In this document: in pieces, positions 31,877 through 32,000 of the stretch
How positions within the stretch are numbered: the first letter of the stretch is position 1
Layout of the letters: each line of letters starts with the position of its first letter
Source of the DNA: Candidatus Uhrbacteria bacterium
GTDB lineage: Bacteria > Patescibacteriota > Patescibacteriia > UBA9934 > GWF2-40-263
Assembly (NCBI GenBank): GCA_016188425.1
Contig: JACPHX010000018.1
Coordinates: 3,164-35,163 of the forward strand
Length of the DNA: 32,000 bases
Direction: 5' to 3'
Made by a program: the position numbers and the translations under genes
The notes under the pieces: model-generated
The model's input: only the letters and a program-made list of their open reading frames with translations
What the model was told of the DNA's origin: nothing
Database searches by the model: none

Positions 31877-32000
31877 GGCAGCATCCCCTCTTCCTCGGGT
31901 CCGGTCATCACGCGCGGTTGTAATGCCGGGGCATCCACCGTGGCCAGGGCATCCACCGTAATCGAGTAGCCCAGCATGGTACGAATTTCCCGCGCCAGCT
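31873..32000 (-). CDS. C-terminal end of an upstream gene running off the window
   Basis: My translation ...LAREIRTMLGYSITVDALATVDAPALQPRVMTGPEEEGMLP* ends in a TGA that overlaps the next ATG. Function is not assignable from 41 aa. Confidence 0.4.
   Translation of the reverse strand, partial: LAREIRTMLGYSITVDALATVDAPALQPRVMTGPEEEGMLP

Overview
Bacterial window with small, mostly minus-strand genes. The rRNA insertions, the 23S-5S unit with no 16S gene, and a lamin-tail-domain surface protein would fit an uncultivated CPR/Patescibacteria-like lineage, but that is inference only.

Layout:
- 1-213: truncated nucleotidyltransferase and a tiny membrane ORF.
- 289-3854 (minus): 5S and 23S rRNA. 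The 23S gene is about 3.4 kb because it carries a 302-nt ORF-less group I intron (1391-1692) and several expansion insertions.
- 4.1-5.4 kb: a HAD hydrolase and a small alpha/beta hydrolase.
- About 5.4-13.1 kb: a visibly GC-richer minus-strand block. It encodes a 1223-aa DEAH (HrpA/HrpB-like) helicase, a GNAT, a Cys-rich mini-protein, a probable pentapeptide-repeat protein and two unknowns, separated by unusually long hairpin-dense spacers that share repeated motifs.
- 13.2-19.3 kb: two paralogous coiled-coil genes bracket a cassette-like stretch of small Zn-ribbon-type genes, an orphan hicB-like gene, tRNA-Arg and a 526-aa unknown. Five same-orientation copies of a conserved two-hairpin element partition this stretch. 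This is my best candidate for something undescribed.
- 19.2-20.1 kb: about 0.85 kb of structured non-coding DNA.
- 20.3-32 kb: ordinary housekeeping-type genes, namely a TrmB-like regulator, tRNA-Leu(TAG), an S9 peptidase, an LTD protein, two membrane proteins, ruvB, an unknown gene, tRNA-Leu(TAA), polX and small ORFs.

I found no CRISPR array, transposase, integrase or reverse transcriptase. All calls come from reading the sequence and ORF track by eye. Hand-derived coordinates of non-ORF features may be off by a few nt.
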